Positions 1 through 10,386 of a DNA stretch of 64,000 nt are shown one piece after another (the stretch's first letter is position 1; each line of letters opens with the position of its first letter). The notes beneath the pieces were generated by a model, which saw only the letters and a list, made by a program, of their open reading frames with translations, was not told the DNA's origin and did not search any database. The DNA is taken from assembly GCA_037443365.1 (NCBI GenBank), contig JBBIOM010000004.1, positions 4,352-68,351 on the forward strand, read 5' to 3'. The position numbers and the translations under genes were made by a program. This stretch comes from Armatimonadota bacterium. GTDB taxonomy: Bacteria; Sysuimicrobiota; Sysuimicrobiia; Sysuimicrobiales; Humicultoraceae.

Positions 1-546
1 GAAGGTGCAGAAGGCGCACCGGTTCCAGTGGCAGCCCTCGGTCATCTGGACAACGAGCGAGCGATACCGGTCAGGAGGAAGGATCGGCACCGGGACGTAG
101 GCCGAGGCGAACCTGCAGGCGTCCGTCTCGGCAGCGCGCGCATCGAATCGGGCGGCGGACCCCAGCAACTCGGCGGCCCTTCCGGCGTCGGGATCCCCGG
201 GCATGGACCAGATGATCTCGGCCTCCCCGCCGCGCAGCGCCGTCAGGGCCCGGGCCGCGGCACCGGAGGCCTCGCCCACGAGCGCGTCGCGCGCGCCGGC
301 GTCCAGGAACTCCCTGTGCCGACGCGGATGCCGTCCCCGCCGGTCTGTGTGCTTGCGCATGACGCGCCCGTCCAGCGCGCGACGGTAGAGGCGGTATCCG
401 ACCCACGCGGACCAGAGCCGGCCGGCGTGGTCAAACGTGTAGATGGCCTCTGGGCCGTCAAACACGGTGATCACCAGCGAATCACGCTTGCAGGCGACGC
501 GCGGCGGACGTGTCGTGCTCACGCGGGTTTCTTCGCACCCCTCCAC
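1..546 (-). CDS. radical SAM-type protein, 5' part only (gene continues past the left edge)
   Basis: My own minus-strand translation; the gene is absent from the ORF track because it has no stop in the window. It reads ...YVPVPILPPDRYRSLVVQMTEGCHWNRCAFCTF. The three-Cys motif C-x4-C-x2-C is encoded at nt 33-1 in a typical GC..C.FC context. An in-frame GTG at 546 is preceded by GGAGGGA; an alternative GTG is at 522. The + strand ORF 28..699 is Arg/Gly/Pro-rich noise. Confidence 0.55.
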   Translation of the reverse strand, partial: MEGCEETRVSTTRPPRVACKRDSLVITVFDGPEAIYTFDHAGRLWSAWVGYRLYRRALDGRVMRKHTDRRGRHPRRHREFLDAGARDALVGEASGAAARALTALRGGEAEIIWSMPGDPDAGRAAELLGSAARFDARAAETDACRFASAYVPVPILPPDRYRSLVVQMTEGCHWNRCAFCTF

Positions 547-593
547 GCCGGTCCCTCCGAGCGTTCGGTACGTGGTACCATGTATGGTAGCCT

Positions 594-1970
594 ATGGCTC
601 TCTTCGACGCGGCCCCAACACGCTCCGCGGCGGTCCCGCTGGCCGCCCGGCTGCGCCCGCGCACGCTCGACGAGTTCGTCGGGCAGGAGCACCTCGTAGG
701 CCCTGGCAGGGCGCTCAGGACGGCGATCGAGCAGGATGCGGTTCGCAGCCTGATCCTCTGGGGTCCGCCGGGCACTGGCAAGACCTCGCTTGCGCTGCTG
801 ATCGCCGCAAGGACACGCGCCCACGTCGAGCAGGTCAACGCGGTGACGGCCGGGGTCGCCGACCTGCGGCGCATCATCGCCCATGCGCAGGACCGTCTGA
901 GGTTCCACCAGCAGCGCACGCTGCTGATCGTTGATGAGATCCACCGCTTCAACAAGGCGCAGCAGGACGTGCTTCTGCCGCACGTGGAGGTCGGCGTGAT
1001 CATCCTGATTGGCGCCACCACCCAGAACCCGTTCCACGACGTGAACCCGACGCTGATCTCGCGCTCCGCCGTGGCTCAGCTCGAGCCACTGGATGCGGCG
1101 TCAATCCGGGTAGTCGTGGAGCGGGCGATTGTCCACCCCGACGGCCTGGCGGATCCCAGGCTCGACCTCGATCCCGAGGCGGCCGAGTTCCTTGCCTCGG
1201 CGAGCAACGGCGATGCCCGCGTGGCCCTCAATGCGCTGGAGGCCGCATCCGCCGCGGCGGTGGAGATCGAGGGGCGCCGGCGGATCACGCTCGCGCTCGT
1301 CACCGACGCCAGTCAGTGCCGCATCCTTCCCTACGACCGGGAGGGCGACGCCCACTACGACGCGATCTCGGCGTTCATCAAGAGCCTGCGCGGTTCAGAC
1401 CCCGACGCGGCGGTGTACTGGATGGCGCGGATGCTGGAGGCGGGAGAGGATCCCAGGTACATCGCTCGCCGAATGGTGATACACGCCGCCGAGGACGTCG
1501 GTTTGGCCGATCCGATGGCCCTTCTGGTCGCCACCGCGGCCATGCAGGCCGTCGAGTTCGTTGGGCTCCCGGAGGCGCGCATACCCATGGCCGAGGCCGC
1601 CATATACATCGCTGCGGCGCCCAAGAGCAACGCGGTGGTGACGGCGATCGGCGAGGCGATGCGCGATGTCCAGCAGGAGCGTGCCGACCCGGTGCCCGTG
1701 CACCTGCGCGACACGAGCCATCCCCAGGTGGTCGAGCGCCTCGGCTACGGCGAAGGATACCTGTACCCGCACGACTTCCCCGAGGGCTTCGTGCGGCAGC
1801 AGTATCTGCCGATGGGACTCGAGAACCGGCGTTACTACCGGCCCACAGAGCACGGCGCCGAGGCCGCTGTGCGCAGGCGGCTGGAACGGCGGTGGGGGAA
1901 GGACGCCGCTCCCGCCCAGGAACAGCCCCGCGAGGGGTCGAACGACGAGAGGGACGAAGCTGGTCATTGA
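594..1970 (+). CDS. rarA: replication-associated recombination protein A (AAA+ ATPase RarA/MgsA)
   Basis: N-terminus LAARLRPRTLDEFVGQEHL, Walker A GPPGTGKTS, Walker B LLIVDEIHRF, and a MgsA-type C-terminal domain (YDAISAFIKSLRGSDPDAAVYW). Confidence 0.9.
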   Translation: MALFDAAPTRSAAVPLAARLRPRTLDEFVGQEHLVGPGRALRTAIEQDAVRSLILWGPPGTGKTSLALLIAARTRAHVEQVNAVTAGVADLRRIIAHAQDRLRFHQQRTLLIVDEIHRFNKAQQDVLLPHVEVGVIILIGATTQNPFHDVNPTLISRSAVAQLEPLDAASIRVVVERAIVHPDGLADPRLDLDPEAAEFLASASNGDARVALNALEAASAAAVEIEGRRRITLALVTDASQCRILPYDREGDAHYDAISAFIKSLRGSDPDAAVYWMARMLEAGEDPRYIARRMVIHAAEDVGLADPMALLVATAAMQAVEFVGLPEARIPMAEAAIYIAAAPKSNAVVTAIGEAMRDVQQERADPVPVHLRDTSHPQVVERLGYGEGYLYPHDFPEGFVRQQYLPMGLENRRYYRPTEHGAEAAVRRRLERRWGKDAAPAQEQPREGSNDERDEAGH

Positions 1971-2029
1971 CTTGCTGGCCGGCGGCGCTCCCTGATACCA
2001 TCAAGCCAAGAGGAGCGCGCGGTGAAGCC

Positions 2030-3106
2030 ATGAGCAGGATAGCCGTCGCCATGAGCGGCGGGGTGGACAGCGCGGTGGCCGCGGCCCTGCTCACCGAGCA
2101 GGGCTGCGACGTCATCGGGCTCACGATGATGCTGGGGCCGCAGTGCTCGCCCGAAGGTGACGGGAACACCCGGTCGTGCTGCGGCATGCGCGCGATCGAG
2201 GACGCGCACATAGCGGCCCGGCGGCTAGGCATCCGCCACCACGTGCTGGACCTGCGCGAGGAGTTCGATCGCGAGGTCGTCGGCCGCTTCTGCGATGAGT
2301 ACGCTCGGGGCCGCACGCCCAATCCCTGCATCACGTGCAACCAGGCGATCAAGTTCCGCGCTCTGCTGGAGCGGGCGGAGGCGCTGGGTTGCGAGGCCCT
2401 GGCCACCGGGCACTACGCCCGGATCGCCCCCGACGGCCGCAGCGGCAGGCTGGTGCTGCTGCGCGCCGCAGACCGCCGGAAGGACCAGTCGTACGTGCTC
2501 TATTCGCTGACGCAGGGGCTGTTGGCGCGTCTGCGCTTCCCGGTGGGCGGGTATCTCAAGGAGGAGATCCGGGCCATCGCGCGCCGAAGGAGGCTGACCG
2601 TTGCCGACAAGCCCGACAGCCAGGAGATCTGCTTCGCTCCCAGGGGACGCCACGCCGATCTCGTGGCCGAGCGGCGGCCCGAGGCATTCCTTCCCGGGCC
2701 GATCCTGGATCTTGCCGGCAGGGTGGTCGGCACTCACGCCGGGATCGCCCGATACACGGTCGGGCAGCGCCGCGGGCTAGGGCTGGCGATGGGTGTAGCG
2801 CGGTACGTGCTCGAGGTTGACGCGCGGGGCAACGCGCTCGTAATAGGAGGTCCGGAAGGGCTGCGGCGAAGTCGTCTCGAGATGGACCGGGTGAACTGGA
2901 TCGCCCCGACGCCGCTTCCGGCTGCCGCGACGGTGCGCGTGCGGTACGGGGCGCCCGATGTCCCTGCGATGCTGCACGCCCGTGGTCCTGATGGTGTGCT
3001 GGTGGAGTTCCACGAGCCCCAGCGCGCGGCTGCGCCCGGTCAGGCCGCCGCCTTCTACGACGGCGACCGCGTGCTGGGCGGGGGAATCATAGAAAGCCTA
3101 TCCTGA
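2030..3106 (+). CDS. mnmA: tRNA 2-thiouridine(34) synthase MnmA
   Basis: PP-loop VAMSGGVDSAVAA, a CCG motif, and KDQSYVL. ATG 2030 was chosen inside the longer track ORF 1316..3106, whose upstream part overlaps rarA. Confidence 0.9.
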   Translation: MSRIAVAMSGGVDSAVAAALLTEQGCDVIGLTMMLGPQCSPEGDGNTRSCCGMRAIEDAHIAARRLGIRHHVLDLREEFDREVVGRFCDEYARGRTPNPCITCNQAIKFRALLERAEALGCEALATGHYARIAPDGRSGRLVLLRAADRRKDQSYVLYSLTQGLLARLRFPVGGYLKEEIRAIARRRRLTVADKPDSQEICFAPRGRHADLVAERRPEAFLPGPILDLAGRVVGTHAGIARYTVGQRRGLGLAMGVARYVLEVDARGNALVIGGPEGLRRSRLEMDRVNWIAPTPLPAAATVRVRYGAPDVPAMLHARGPDGVLVEFHEPQRAAAPGQAAAFYDGDRVLGGGIIESLS

Positions 3107-3128
3107 TCTGGAAGGGAGATGAGCGGCA

Positions 3129-3458
3129 ATGGGACACCGAAACGACTTTGTGGCCGGGTTCATCGTGGGCGGTCTGCTGGGCACGGCAGTGGCGTTGCTG
3201 CTGGCGCCTCGCTCGGGGGAGGAGACACGCACCCGCCTGGCAGGGTCTGCGGAAGACCTGGGCGAGCGTGCGCGCGATCGCGCAGAAGAGGTCATCAAGA
3301 GACTGCGCGTCACCGCCGAGGACCTCTCGCAGCGCGGGCGGGTGAAGCTGGACGAGGGAGCCTCCAAGATTCGCGAAGCGATGGAGCGTGGTCGTGAGAC
3401 GCTCGAGGAGAAGACCAGAGGGCTCCGCGAGTGCCGCGAGGAAGAGCCGAAAGAGTAG
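3129..3458 (+). CDS. YtxH-like small membrane-anchored protein
   Basis: N-terminal TM segment FVAGFIVGGLLGTAVALLLAPRSGEETR followed by a charged helical tail; this layout is typical of the YtxH family. Confidence 0.55.
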   Translation: MGHRNDFVAGFIVGGLLGTAVALLLAPRSGEETRTRLAGSAEDLGERARDRAEEVIKRLRVTAEDLSQRGRVKLDEGASKIREAMERGRETLEEKTRGLRECREEEPKE

Positions 3459-4752
3459 CACGCTGACGCTGGCGATCCCGCAGCACCTGAGGCCCGGCCT
3501 TGAGATCGTCAGGCGGTTGCGCGAGGCCGGGTGGGAGACATACCTGGTCGGCGGGGTTGTGCGGGACCTGCTCCTTGGCCGTCCGGCCGCCGACCTGGAC
3601 ATCGCCACGGCCGCGTCCCCCCAACAGGTGGCCGCGTTGTTCGACCGGGCGGTGCCGGTGGGAATCCAGTTCGGCGTCGTGGCCGTCGTCCTGGGCGGGC
3701 ATCCCTATCAGGTGGCCACCTTCCGCAGGGAGGGCCCGTATCTGGACGGTCGCCGCCCCTCGTTCGTCGAACCCGCCAGCGCGCGGGATGACGTACGCCG
3801 GCGTGACTTCACCGTCAACGCCCTGCTGTGCGACCCATCCAGCGGCGAGATCATTGACCATGTAGGCGGCCGGGCCGATCTCGCCAGGCGGCGCATTCGC
3901 ACGGTCGGCCCACCGTCCGAGCGCTTCGCCGAGGACCGGCTACGGCTGCTGCGCGCGGTGCGGCTGGCCGCCGAGCTGGAGTTCACCTTGGATCCACGCA
4001 CTCGCGCGGCGATCGCGGGCCTCGCATCCACAATCACCGGGGTCAGCGCGGAGAGGATCCGCGACGAGCTGATACGGCTGCTGGTCGCGCCGGGCTCCAC
4101 CGAGGGCGTTCGCACGATGGCGTCAACAGGACTCCTGAGAGCCATCCTGCCCGAGGTGGCGGCCCTCTCGTCAGTGCCTGCCCCACATGCCGACGGCCCC
4201 GCCGCCGACGCGCTCGAGCACGCCTGCCGGATGCTGCGATTCCTGAGGCCGCCGGCGCCTGAGACGGCCCTTGCCGCTCTGCTCTGCCGCCTGCCCGAGG
4301 CCACCGCGCAGGAGATCTGCCGTCGCCTGCGCCTGAGCACGGCCTCGCGCCGCAGGGTCGCGGCGCTTGTCCGCGAGTTCCCCCGGTTCGGGGCGCATGC
4401 CCGCGCATCCCGGCCGGATGCCCGCCGCCTGCGGCGCCTGGGGATAGCAGGGAGTCTGCTCGCGCTGCTCCGGGCGGACCAGGAGGCCGCAGGCAGAGAC
4501 CCCGCCGCCTGCCTGCGCGCCCTGGGGCCGTTGGCCGCCAGCATCGAGGACGCCCCGGGACCGGACCATCTGGTGAGCGGCGACGACCTGATTGCCATGG
4601 GCTATGCTCCGGGTCCGGCGTTTGCCGTGATGCTGCGCGCGGTCGACGAGGCGTGGGTCCGCGGTGAGGTCGCGAACGCGGAGGCGGCGCGCGGGTGGGT
4701 ACGCGACCGCTTCCCGGCAGGTGCGACCAGCCCGCCCGTGGAACCGACATGA
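3388..4752 (+). CDS. cca: tRNA nucleotidyltransferase (CCA-adding enzyme / poly(A) polymerase family)
   Basis: Motifs LVGGVVRDLLLGRPAADLDIAT, RDFTVNAL and RLLRAVR. The start is uncertain: GTG 3388 overlaps the YtxH gene by 71 nt, and I saw no ATG/GTG/TTG between that gene's stop and the conserved helix. Confidence 0.75.
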   Translation: MVVRRSRRRPEGSASAARKSRKSSTLTLAIPQHLRPGLEIVRRLREAGWETYLVGGVVRDLLLGRPAADLDIATAASPQQVAALFDRAVPVGIQFGVVAVVLGGHPYQVATFRREGPYLDGRRPSFVEPASARDDVRRRDFTVNALLCDPSSGEIIDHVGGRADLARRRIRTVGPPSERFAEDRLRLLRAVRLAAELEFTLDPRTRAAIAGLASTITGVSAERIRDELIRLLVAPGSTEGVRTMASTGLLRAILPEVAALSSVPAPHADGPAADALEHACRMLRFLRPPAPETALAALLCRLPEATAQEICRRLRLSTASRRRVAALVREFPRFGAHARASRPDARRLRRLGIAGSLLALLRADQEAAGRDPAACLRALGPLAASIEDAPGPDHLVSGDDLIAMGYAPGPAFAVMLRAVDEAWVRGEVANAEAARGWVRDRFPAGATSPPVEPT

Positions 4753-4786
4753 GCGACCGAGCAGACCCGATTGGACGGAGGCCGGC

Positions 4787-4933
4787 ATGACAGAACGTGC
4801 TGCGTTGTACGCTGTGCTCTGGGCTCTGGGCGTCATGGTCGTGATCGGCGCGCTGCTTCCCCTCATCTGGCCCGGGCTGATCCGCTTCGTCAATCGAAGC
4901 GTGCTGAATGAGGACGGCGCCGCGGACAGCTGA
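4787..4933 (+). CDS. hypothetical small membrane protein (48 aa)
   Basis: ATG 4787 follows GGACGGAGG. One hydrophobic helix, LYAVLWALGVMVVIGALLPLIWPGL. Third codon positions are G/C-rich. Confidence 0.3.
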   Translation: MTERAALYAVLWALGVMVVIGALLPLIWPGLIRFVNRSVLNEDGAADS

Positions 4934-4981
4934 GCACGCTCCCCGCGGATTCGCCGCGCGCCTGCCAATACAAGGATATGC

Positions 4982-5869
4982 ATGCGGCCGGGTCGAACAG
5001 CCCGGAGAGCACCGGAGCCGGCGGCGCGAGGCGGAATGGTGCGGAGGAAGCCGGTGGGAGACGGGGCGCTGATCCTGGGGCTTGTCAACCAGAAGGGCGG
5101 GTGCGGCAAGACCACCACCGCCGTCAATCTGAGCGCCTCGCTGGCCGCTGAAGGTCATCGGTGCCTCCTGATAGACCTGGACCCGCAGGCGAACGCCACG
5201 GTGAGCCTCGGGATGGATCCCGCCACGCTGCGGCAGACGATCTACCACGTGCTTCTGGACCCGGACCACGCGGAGGGCGTGCCGCTGGATGCCGTCGTGC
5301 TGCCTTCGCCCGTGCGGGGTCTTGATATCGCTCCGTCCTCGATCGACCTCGCTGCCGCCGAGCTGGAACTGGCAGCACGCATCGGACGCGAGCACGCGTT
5401 GCGCAGGCGTTTGGCACCGGCGCGCGACCGCTACGATTTCGTTCTCATCGACACGCCGCCGTCGCTAGGTTTGCTCACACTGAACGCGCTGGTCGCCTGC
5501 GACGCGATCATCATCCCGATCCAGACCCACTACTACGCGTTGCTAGGGATGCGGCAGCTGATACGCACCCTCAAGGTGGTGGGCAGCGAGGTTGGCCACC
5601 AGGTCGAGATCCTGGGGGTGCTGCCGACCATGTACGACTCGCGCACAACGATCAGCAAGGAGATCCTGGAAGGCATCCACGACTTCTTCCCAAACAAGGT
5701 GTTTGAGACCACGATCCACTTCAACATCAAGCTCGTGGAGTCGTCGATGTCGGGCGTGCCGCTCTTCGTGAGCAACCCCTCATCGCGCGGCGCCAGGGAG
5801 TACTCGAGCCTGGCCAGAGAGGTGATCGCACATGTCAGGCGGTCGCGAAGAGCTGAGGCGCGGCGTTAG
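4982..5869 (+). CDS. ParA/Soj-family P-loop ATPase (orphan; no ParB nearby)
   Basis: Deviant Walker A NQKGGCGKTTTAVNL, then LIDLDPQANAT and VLIDTPPSLG. ATG 4982 has AAGGA 5 nt upstream; an alternative start is ATG 5036. The long form has an Arg-rich N-terminal extension. Confidence 0.8.
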   Translation: MRPGRTARRAPEPAARGGMVRRKPVGDGALILGLVNQKGGCGKTTTAVNLSASLAAEGHRCLLIDLDPQANATVSLGMDPATLRQTIYHVLLDPDHAEGVPLDAVVLPSPVRGLDIAPSSIDLAAAELELAARIGREHALRRRLAPARDRYDFVLIDTPPSLGLLTLNALVACDAIIIPIQTHYYALLGMRQLIRTLKVVGSEVGHQVEILGVLPTMYDSRTTISKEILEGIHDFFPNKVFETTIHFNIKLVESSMSGVPLFVSNPSSRGAREYSSLAREVIAHVRRSRRAEARR

Positions 5870-6236
5870 GAACGTCATTGAGGCGGCCTCGCGCGAGATG
5901 GGCGCCCTGAGCGATCAGCAGCGCTCCGGGGCCGGCCTGCCCGAGAGTCCGCCCGAAGGGCGCGCGGAGCGTCCGTTCCTGCGGCTGGTGCGCGAGCGCC
6001 AGGCGCCCCCCGCTCCCTTGGCGCCCAGGCCGGTCGCGGTCCAGGGGCCCGTAGCGGTGCATCCTGCGAGGGGCGTCTGCGCCGACTACCAGGACCACCA
6101 GGCCTGCTGGGAAGTTCCGGAGGCCTACTGCAACCAGGCGCTGCACGTGTGCATGCTGCGCGAGTGTCCGGTCTACGACCTGAACAGGGGCGTGCTCGAG
6201 AAGCGATTCGCCGCGAAGTTCGCGCACCTCTGGTGA
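5832..6236 (+). CDS. hypothetical protein with a low-complexity N-terminal half and a Cys-rich C-terminal module
   Basis: Third codon positions are G/C-rich in this frame. The C-terminus is GVCADYQDHQACWEVPEAYCNQALHVCMLRECPVY (5 Cys). It overlaps the parA-like gene's 3' end by 38 nt; an alternative start is ATG 5898. Confidence 0.5.
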   Translation: MSGGREELRRGVRNVIEAASREMGALSDQQRSGAGLPESPPEGRAERPFLRLVRERQAPPAPLAPRPVAVQGPVAVHPARGVCADYQDHQACWEVPEAYCNQALHVCMLRECPVYDLNRGVLEKRFAAKFAHLW

Positions 6237-6245
6237 GGGCGCGGG

Positions 6246-6893
6246 TCAGGGGTCCCAGTCGAGGTCGAGCAACTCGCGCAGGTCGGCCACCCAGGCCCAG
6301 GGACTGACGCCGCGCGCTTCAGCCTCGGCCCGGCGGGGACCGAAGCCCACGAAGCGGATGCCGGCCGCCTCCGCGGCCTGGCCGTCAATCCAGGAGTCTC
6401 CTACCAGGTAGGCAGCCCGGTGGGGCCCCGCGCGTTGCAGTATGAGTCGGATGCCGGCCGGATCGGGCTTCAGGGCAGGCGCCTCATCGCGGGTGACGGT
6501 CACGCCGATCAAGGCGGACAGCCCGAGGTCGTCCATCACGCGCTCGGTGGCGCTCCGGGCGTTGTTGGTGAGGAGGGCAAGGGTGACCCCGCGGGCGGCC
6601 AGGGCGGCAAGGACGTCGTGCACGTTGGGCACAGGCGCGGCCCCTGCCATGCCCGCCGCCTCGAAGGTCTCGATGATTGACCACGCCTGAGCGGTCAGGT
6701 GAGGGGCAAGGAGGTCGATCCGGGCGACCAGGTCGGCTATCGGGACACGCATCAAGGCCGGGCGCGGCTCGGGCAGGGCGCCGGCGGTCTCGAGCAGGTC
6801 CACCAGGGCGCCGCGCAGCGCGGTGAAATCTATGCGAGAATCAACGAGGGTGTTGTCGAGGTCGAAGATGACGAGGAGCGCAGCAGAGTTCAT
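6246..6893 (-). CDS. HAD-superfamily hydrolase (phosphoglycolate phosphatase-like)
   Basis: Motif [11 protein letters not shown], then LLTNN and a GDSWID motif. The start MNSAALL at 6893 was chosen; the longer track ORF to 7622 runs antisense through asnS. Confidence 0.75.
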   Translation of the reverse strand: MNSAALLVIFDLDNTLVDSRIDFTALRGALVDLLETAGALPEPRPALMRVPIADLVARIDLLAPHLTAQAWSIIETFEAAGMAGAAPVPNVHDVLAALAARGVTLALLTNNARSATERVMDDLGLSALIGVTVTRDEAPALKPDPAGIRLILQRAGPHRAAYLVGDSWIDGQAAEAAGIRFVGFGPRRAEAEARGVSPWAWVADLRELLDLDWDP

Positions 6894-6959
6894 CCTGGGC
6901 GGCCTGCCTATTGGTTCTCCGCCGCCGCCGCACTCCCTCCGCGACGAAAGGAGACAGGT

Positions 6960-8267
6960 ATGACCGACCGGACGGCGCACCGAACCATCGGCGCTCTGCC
7001 TGGCCACGTGGGAGAGGAGGTCGAGCTCAGGGGCTGGCTGCAGCACCGGCGCAGCAGCGGACGGATACTCTTCCTCCTGGTGCGAGACGGCACCGGTCAG
7101 GTCCAGGCCGTCATGAGCCGGCAGGAGGTGCCCGAGGACGTCTTCGCGGCGGCCGCCCGCCTCCCGCAGGAGAGCAGCGTGATCGTAACCGGCGTCGTGC
7201 GGGCGGATCATCGCGCGCCCGGAGGCGTGGAGCTCACCGCGAGCTCGCTGCGTGTCGTGCACGAGGCCGAGCCCTACCCCATCACGCCGAAGCCCCACGG
7301 GGTGGAGTTCCTGATGGATCACCGTCACCTGTGGCTGCGCAGCAGCCGGCAGCAGGCGATCATGCGCGTGCGGGCCGAGGTGATCCGGGCGATGACGGAC
7401 TATCTCGACGGGGCAGGCTTTCTTCGCATGGACGCGCCGATTCTCACCCCGGCGGCGGTCGAGGGGACGACGACGCTCTTTGGGACGCAGTACTTCGACC
7501 TGGGATCCGCCTACCTCACGCAGTCGGGCCAGCTCTACAACGAGGCCGCCGCCATGGCATTTGGCCGCGTCTACTGCTTCGGTCCCACATTTCGGGCCGA
7601 GAAGAGCAAGACGCGGCGGCACCTGATCGAGTTCTGGATGCTCGAGCCTGAGGTCGCATACCTGGATCTGGAAGGCTACATGGCCCTGGCCGAGGACTTT
7701 GTCTGCAGCGTCGTGGTGCGGGTACTCGACCGAGCCCGGGCATCGCTCGCCACGCTCGAGCGCGACCCGGCGCCCCTCGAACGCGTCCGCTCCCCGTTCC
7801 CAAGGATCTCATACGATGAGGCACTCGGGCTCCTGGCGGAAGCCGGGAAGCCCGTGGCCTGGGGTGATGATCTGGGAGGCGACGAGGAGACCGCGGTCAG
7901 CCAGCAGTTCGACCGGCCGGTGTTCATTCACCGCTACCCCACGCGCTGCAAGGCCTTCTACATGCAGCCCGATCCCGCCCGCCCGGACGTCGCGCTGGGC
8001 GCGGACCTGATCGCCCCCGAAGGGTACGGCGAGATAATAGGCGGCGGGCAGCGGATCTGCGACCTTGAGCTGCTGAGAACGCGCCTGGCCGAGCACGGCC
8101 TGTCCGAGTCCACCTATCAATGGTACCTGGACCTGCGCCGCTACGGATCGGTGCCGCACTCGGGCTTCGGGATCGGCATTGAGCGCACGGTCGCCTGGAT
8201 TTGCGGCATCGAGCACGTGCGAGAGGCCATCCCCTTCCCTCGGCTGCTCAACCGGCTCTACCCGTAG
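6960..8267 (+). CDS. asnS: asparagine--tRNA ligase
   Basis: Class II motifs: [21 protein letters not shown] and [30 protein letters not shown] 6960 follows AGGAGA. Confidence 0.85.
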   Translation: MTDRTAHRTIGALPGHVGEEVELRGWLQHRRSSGRILFLLVRDGTGQVQAVMSRQEVPEDVFAAAARLPQESSVIVTGVVRADHRAPGGVELTASSLRVVHEAEPYPITPKPHGVEFLMDHRHLWLRSSRQQAIMRVRAEVIRAMTDYLDGAGFLRMDAPILTPAAVEGTTTLFGTQYFDLGSAYLTQSGQLYNEAAAMAFGRVYCFGPTFRAEKSKTRRHLIEFWMLEPEVAYLDLEGYMALAEDFVCSVVVRVLDRARASLATLERDPAPLERVRSPFPRISYDEALGLLAEAGKPVAWGDDLGGDEETAVSQQFDRPVFIHRYPTRCKAFYMQPDPARPDVALGADLIAPEGYGEIIGGGQRICDLELLRTRLAEHGLSESTYQWYLDLRRYGSVPHSGFGIGIERTVAWICGIEHVREAIPFPRLLNRLYP

Positions 8268-8370
8268 GCCTTGCGCGCCGGGCCTTGCCTGGCCGCAAGG
8301 CGTTGTGGTAGCATGGCCTGGAAGACCGCTGCAGAAGACGTCCGGCTCTCCGCCGGCAGGCAGGACGTGG

Positions 8371-8399
8371 CGAGTGGGTGAGGTTGCCCGCTCGTTTTT
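8371..8399 (+). terminator. intrinsic terminator-like hairpin plus T5 tract between asnS and rimP
   Basis: CGAGTGGG (8371-8378) pairs with CCCGCTCG (8387-8394): 8 bp including one G-U, with an 8-nt loop, followed by TTTTT at 8395-8399. It ends 28 nt before the rimP start. Confidence 0.5.
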
Positions 8400-8426
8400 C
8401 ATGCGGCGGGGTGAGGAGACAGGTTC

Positions 8427-8929
8427 GTGGCGCATGCGCCCTGGAAGGAGCAGGTTGAGCACCTGGCCGCGGCAGTAGCGGTCAGGTGGGGGTATGCCCT
8501 TGTCGGCGTCGAGATCGTCGGGCGGGGCCGCCGCCCGTTGATCAGGGTCACGGTGGAGGGAGAGGAGCCCGTGACCGTGGACGCGTGCGCGAGGATCTCC
8601 GAAGAACTGGGGCGCGCGCTGGACCTGCACGACCCGATCCCGCACGCGTACGTGCTCGAGGTGGCCTCGCCGGGGCTGGACCGGCTGCTCGTGGCTGAGG
8701 GCGACTTCCGCCGGTTCGCCGGTCGCAAGATCGACCTGGCGACGCGCGCTCCCGTGGATGGACGCCGCCGCTGGAAGGGTCATCTGCGGGGTGTTGACGC
8801 CGGCAGCGTAGTGGTCGAGGCAGAGGGCCTGCTGATACGGCTGCCGCTGGAGCAGATTGCCTCGGCGCGGCTGGTTGTCGAGATGGAGGACCTTCGCCAG
8901 GATCTTGCCAAGGGGGGGCGCGGTCGGTC

Positions 8930-8933
<4 letters not shown>
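8427..8933 (+). CDS. rimP: ribosome maturation factor RimP
   Basis: YVLEVASPGLDRLL motif, and its position directly upstream of nusA. Confidence 0.85.
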
Positions 8934-10066
<1,133 letters not shown>

Positions 10067-10082
10067 CGGGCGGCCTGGGAGC

Positions 10083-10373
10083 ATGGCGAGAGTCAGGCAC
10101 GTGCCACAGCGCCAGTGTGTTGCATGCCGGAAGATCCGGCCCAAGCGCGAGATGGTGCGCGTGGTGCGCACGCCTGCGGGAGAGGTGCGCGTGGACTCGA
10201 CCGGGAAGGTGTCAGGGCGCGGGGCGTATGTGTGTCCGGATGCCGCGTGCGTAGATGTCGCGGTGCGCGAGCACCGACTGGGGCACGCGCTCGAGATGGC
10301 GATACCGGAAGCGACGGTCGAGGAACTGCGCGCCGCGGCGAGCCGCGGCGCGCAGGCTCCCGGTCGAGGCTAG
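10083..10373 (+). CDS. ylxR: YlxR/RnpM-family RNA-binding protein (DUF448)
   Basis: RQCVACRKIRPKREMVRVV...GRGAYVCPDAAC, and its position between nusA and infB. Confidence 0.85.
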   Translation: MARVRHVPQRQCVACRKIRPKREMVRVVRTPAGEVRVDSTGKVSGRGAYVCPDAACVDVAVREHRLGHALEMAIPEATVEELRAAASRGAQAPGRG

Positions 10374-10386
10374 AGGAGGCCGCTGC

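Noticed and set aside
576-589. Palindrome TACCAT-GT-ATGGTA and a TATGGT -10-like hexamer 5 nt before the rarA ATG; considered as a possible operator or a leaderless mRNA.
   Set aside because: It is a single short AT-containing palindrome in a 47-nt divergent spacer, with no -35 element or second site. This is not enough evidence for either idea.
28-699. The + strand ORF of 223 aa at the left edge.
   Set aside because: Its product has no protein-like pattern. The opposite strand encodes a coherent radical-SAM-like protein, and rarA starts at 594 in another frame.
6246-7622. The 458-aa minus-strand ORF extending the HAD hydrolase upstream.
   Set aside because: The extension runs antisense through asnS and is low in complexity. 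The HAD motif I (DLDNT) lies right after the internal Met at 6893, as expected for the true N-terminus.
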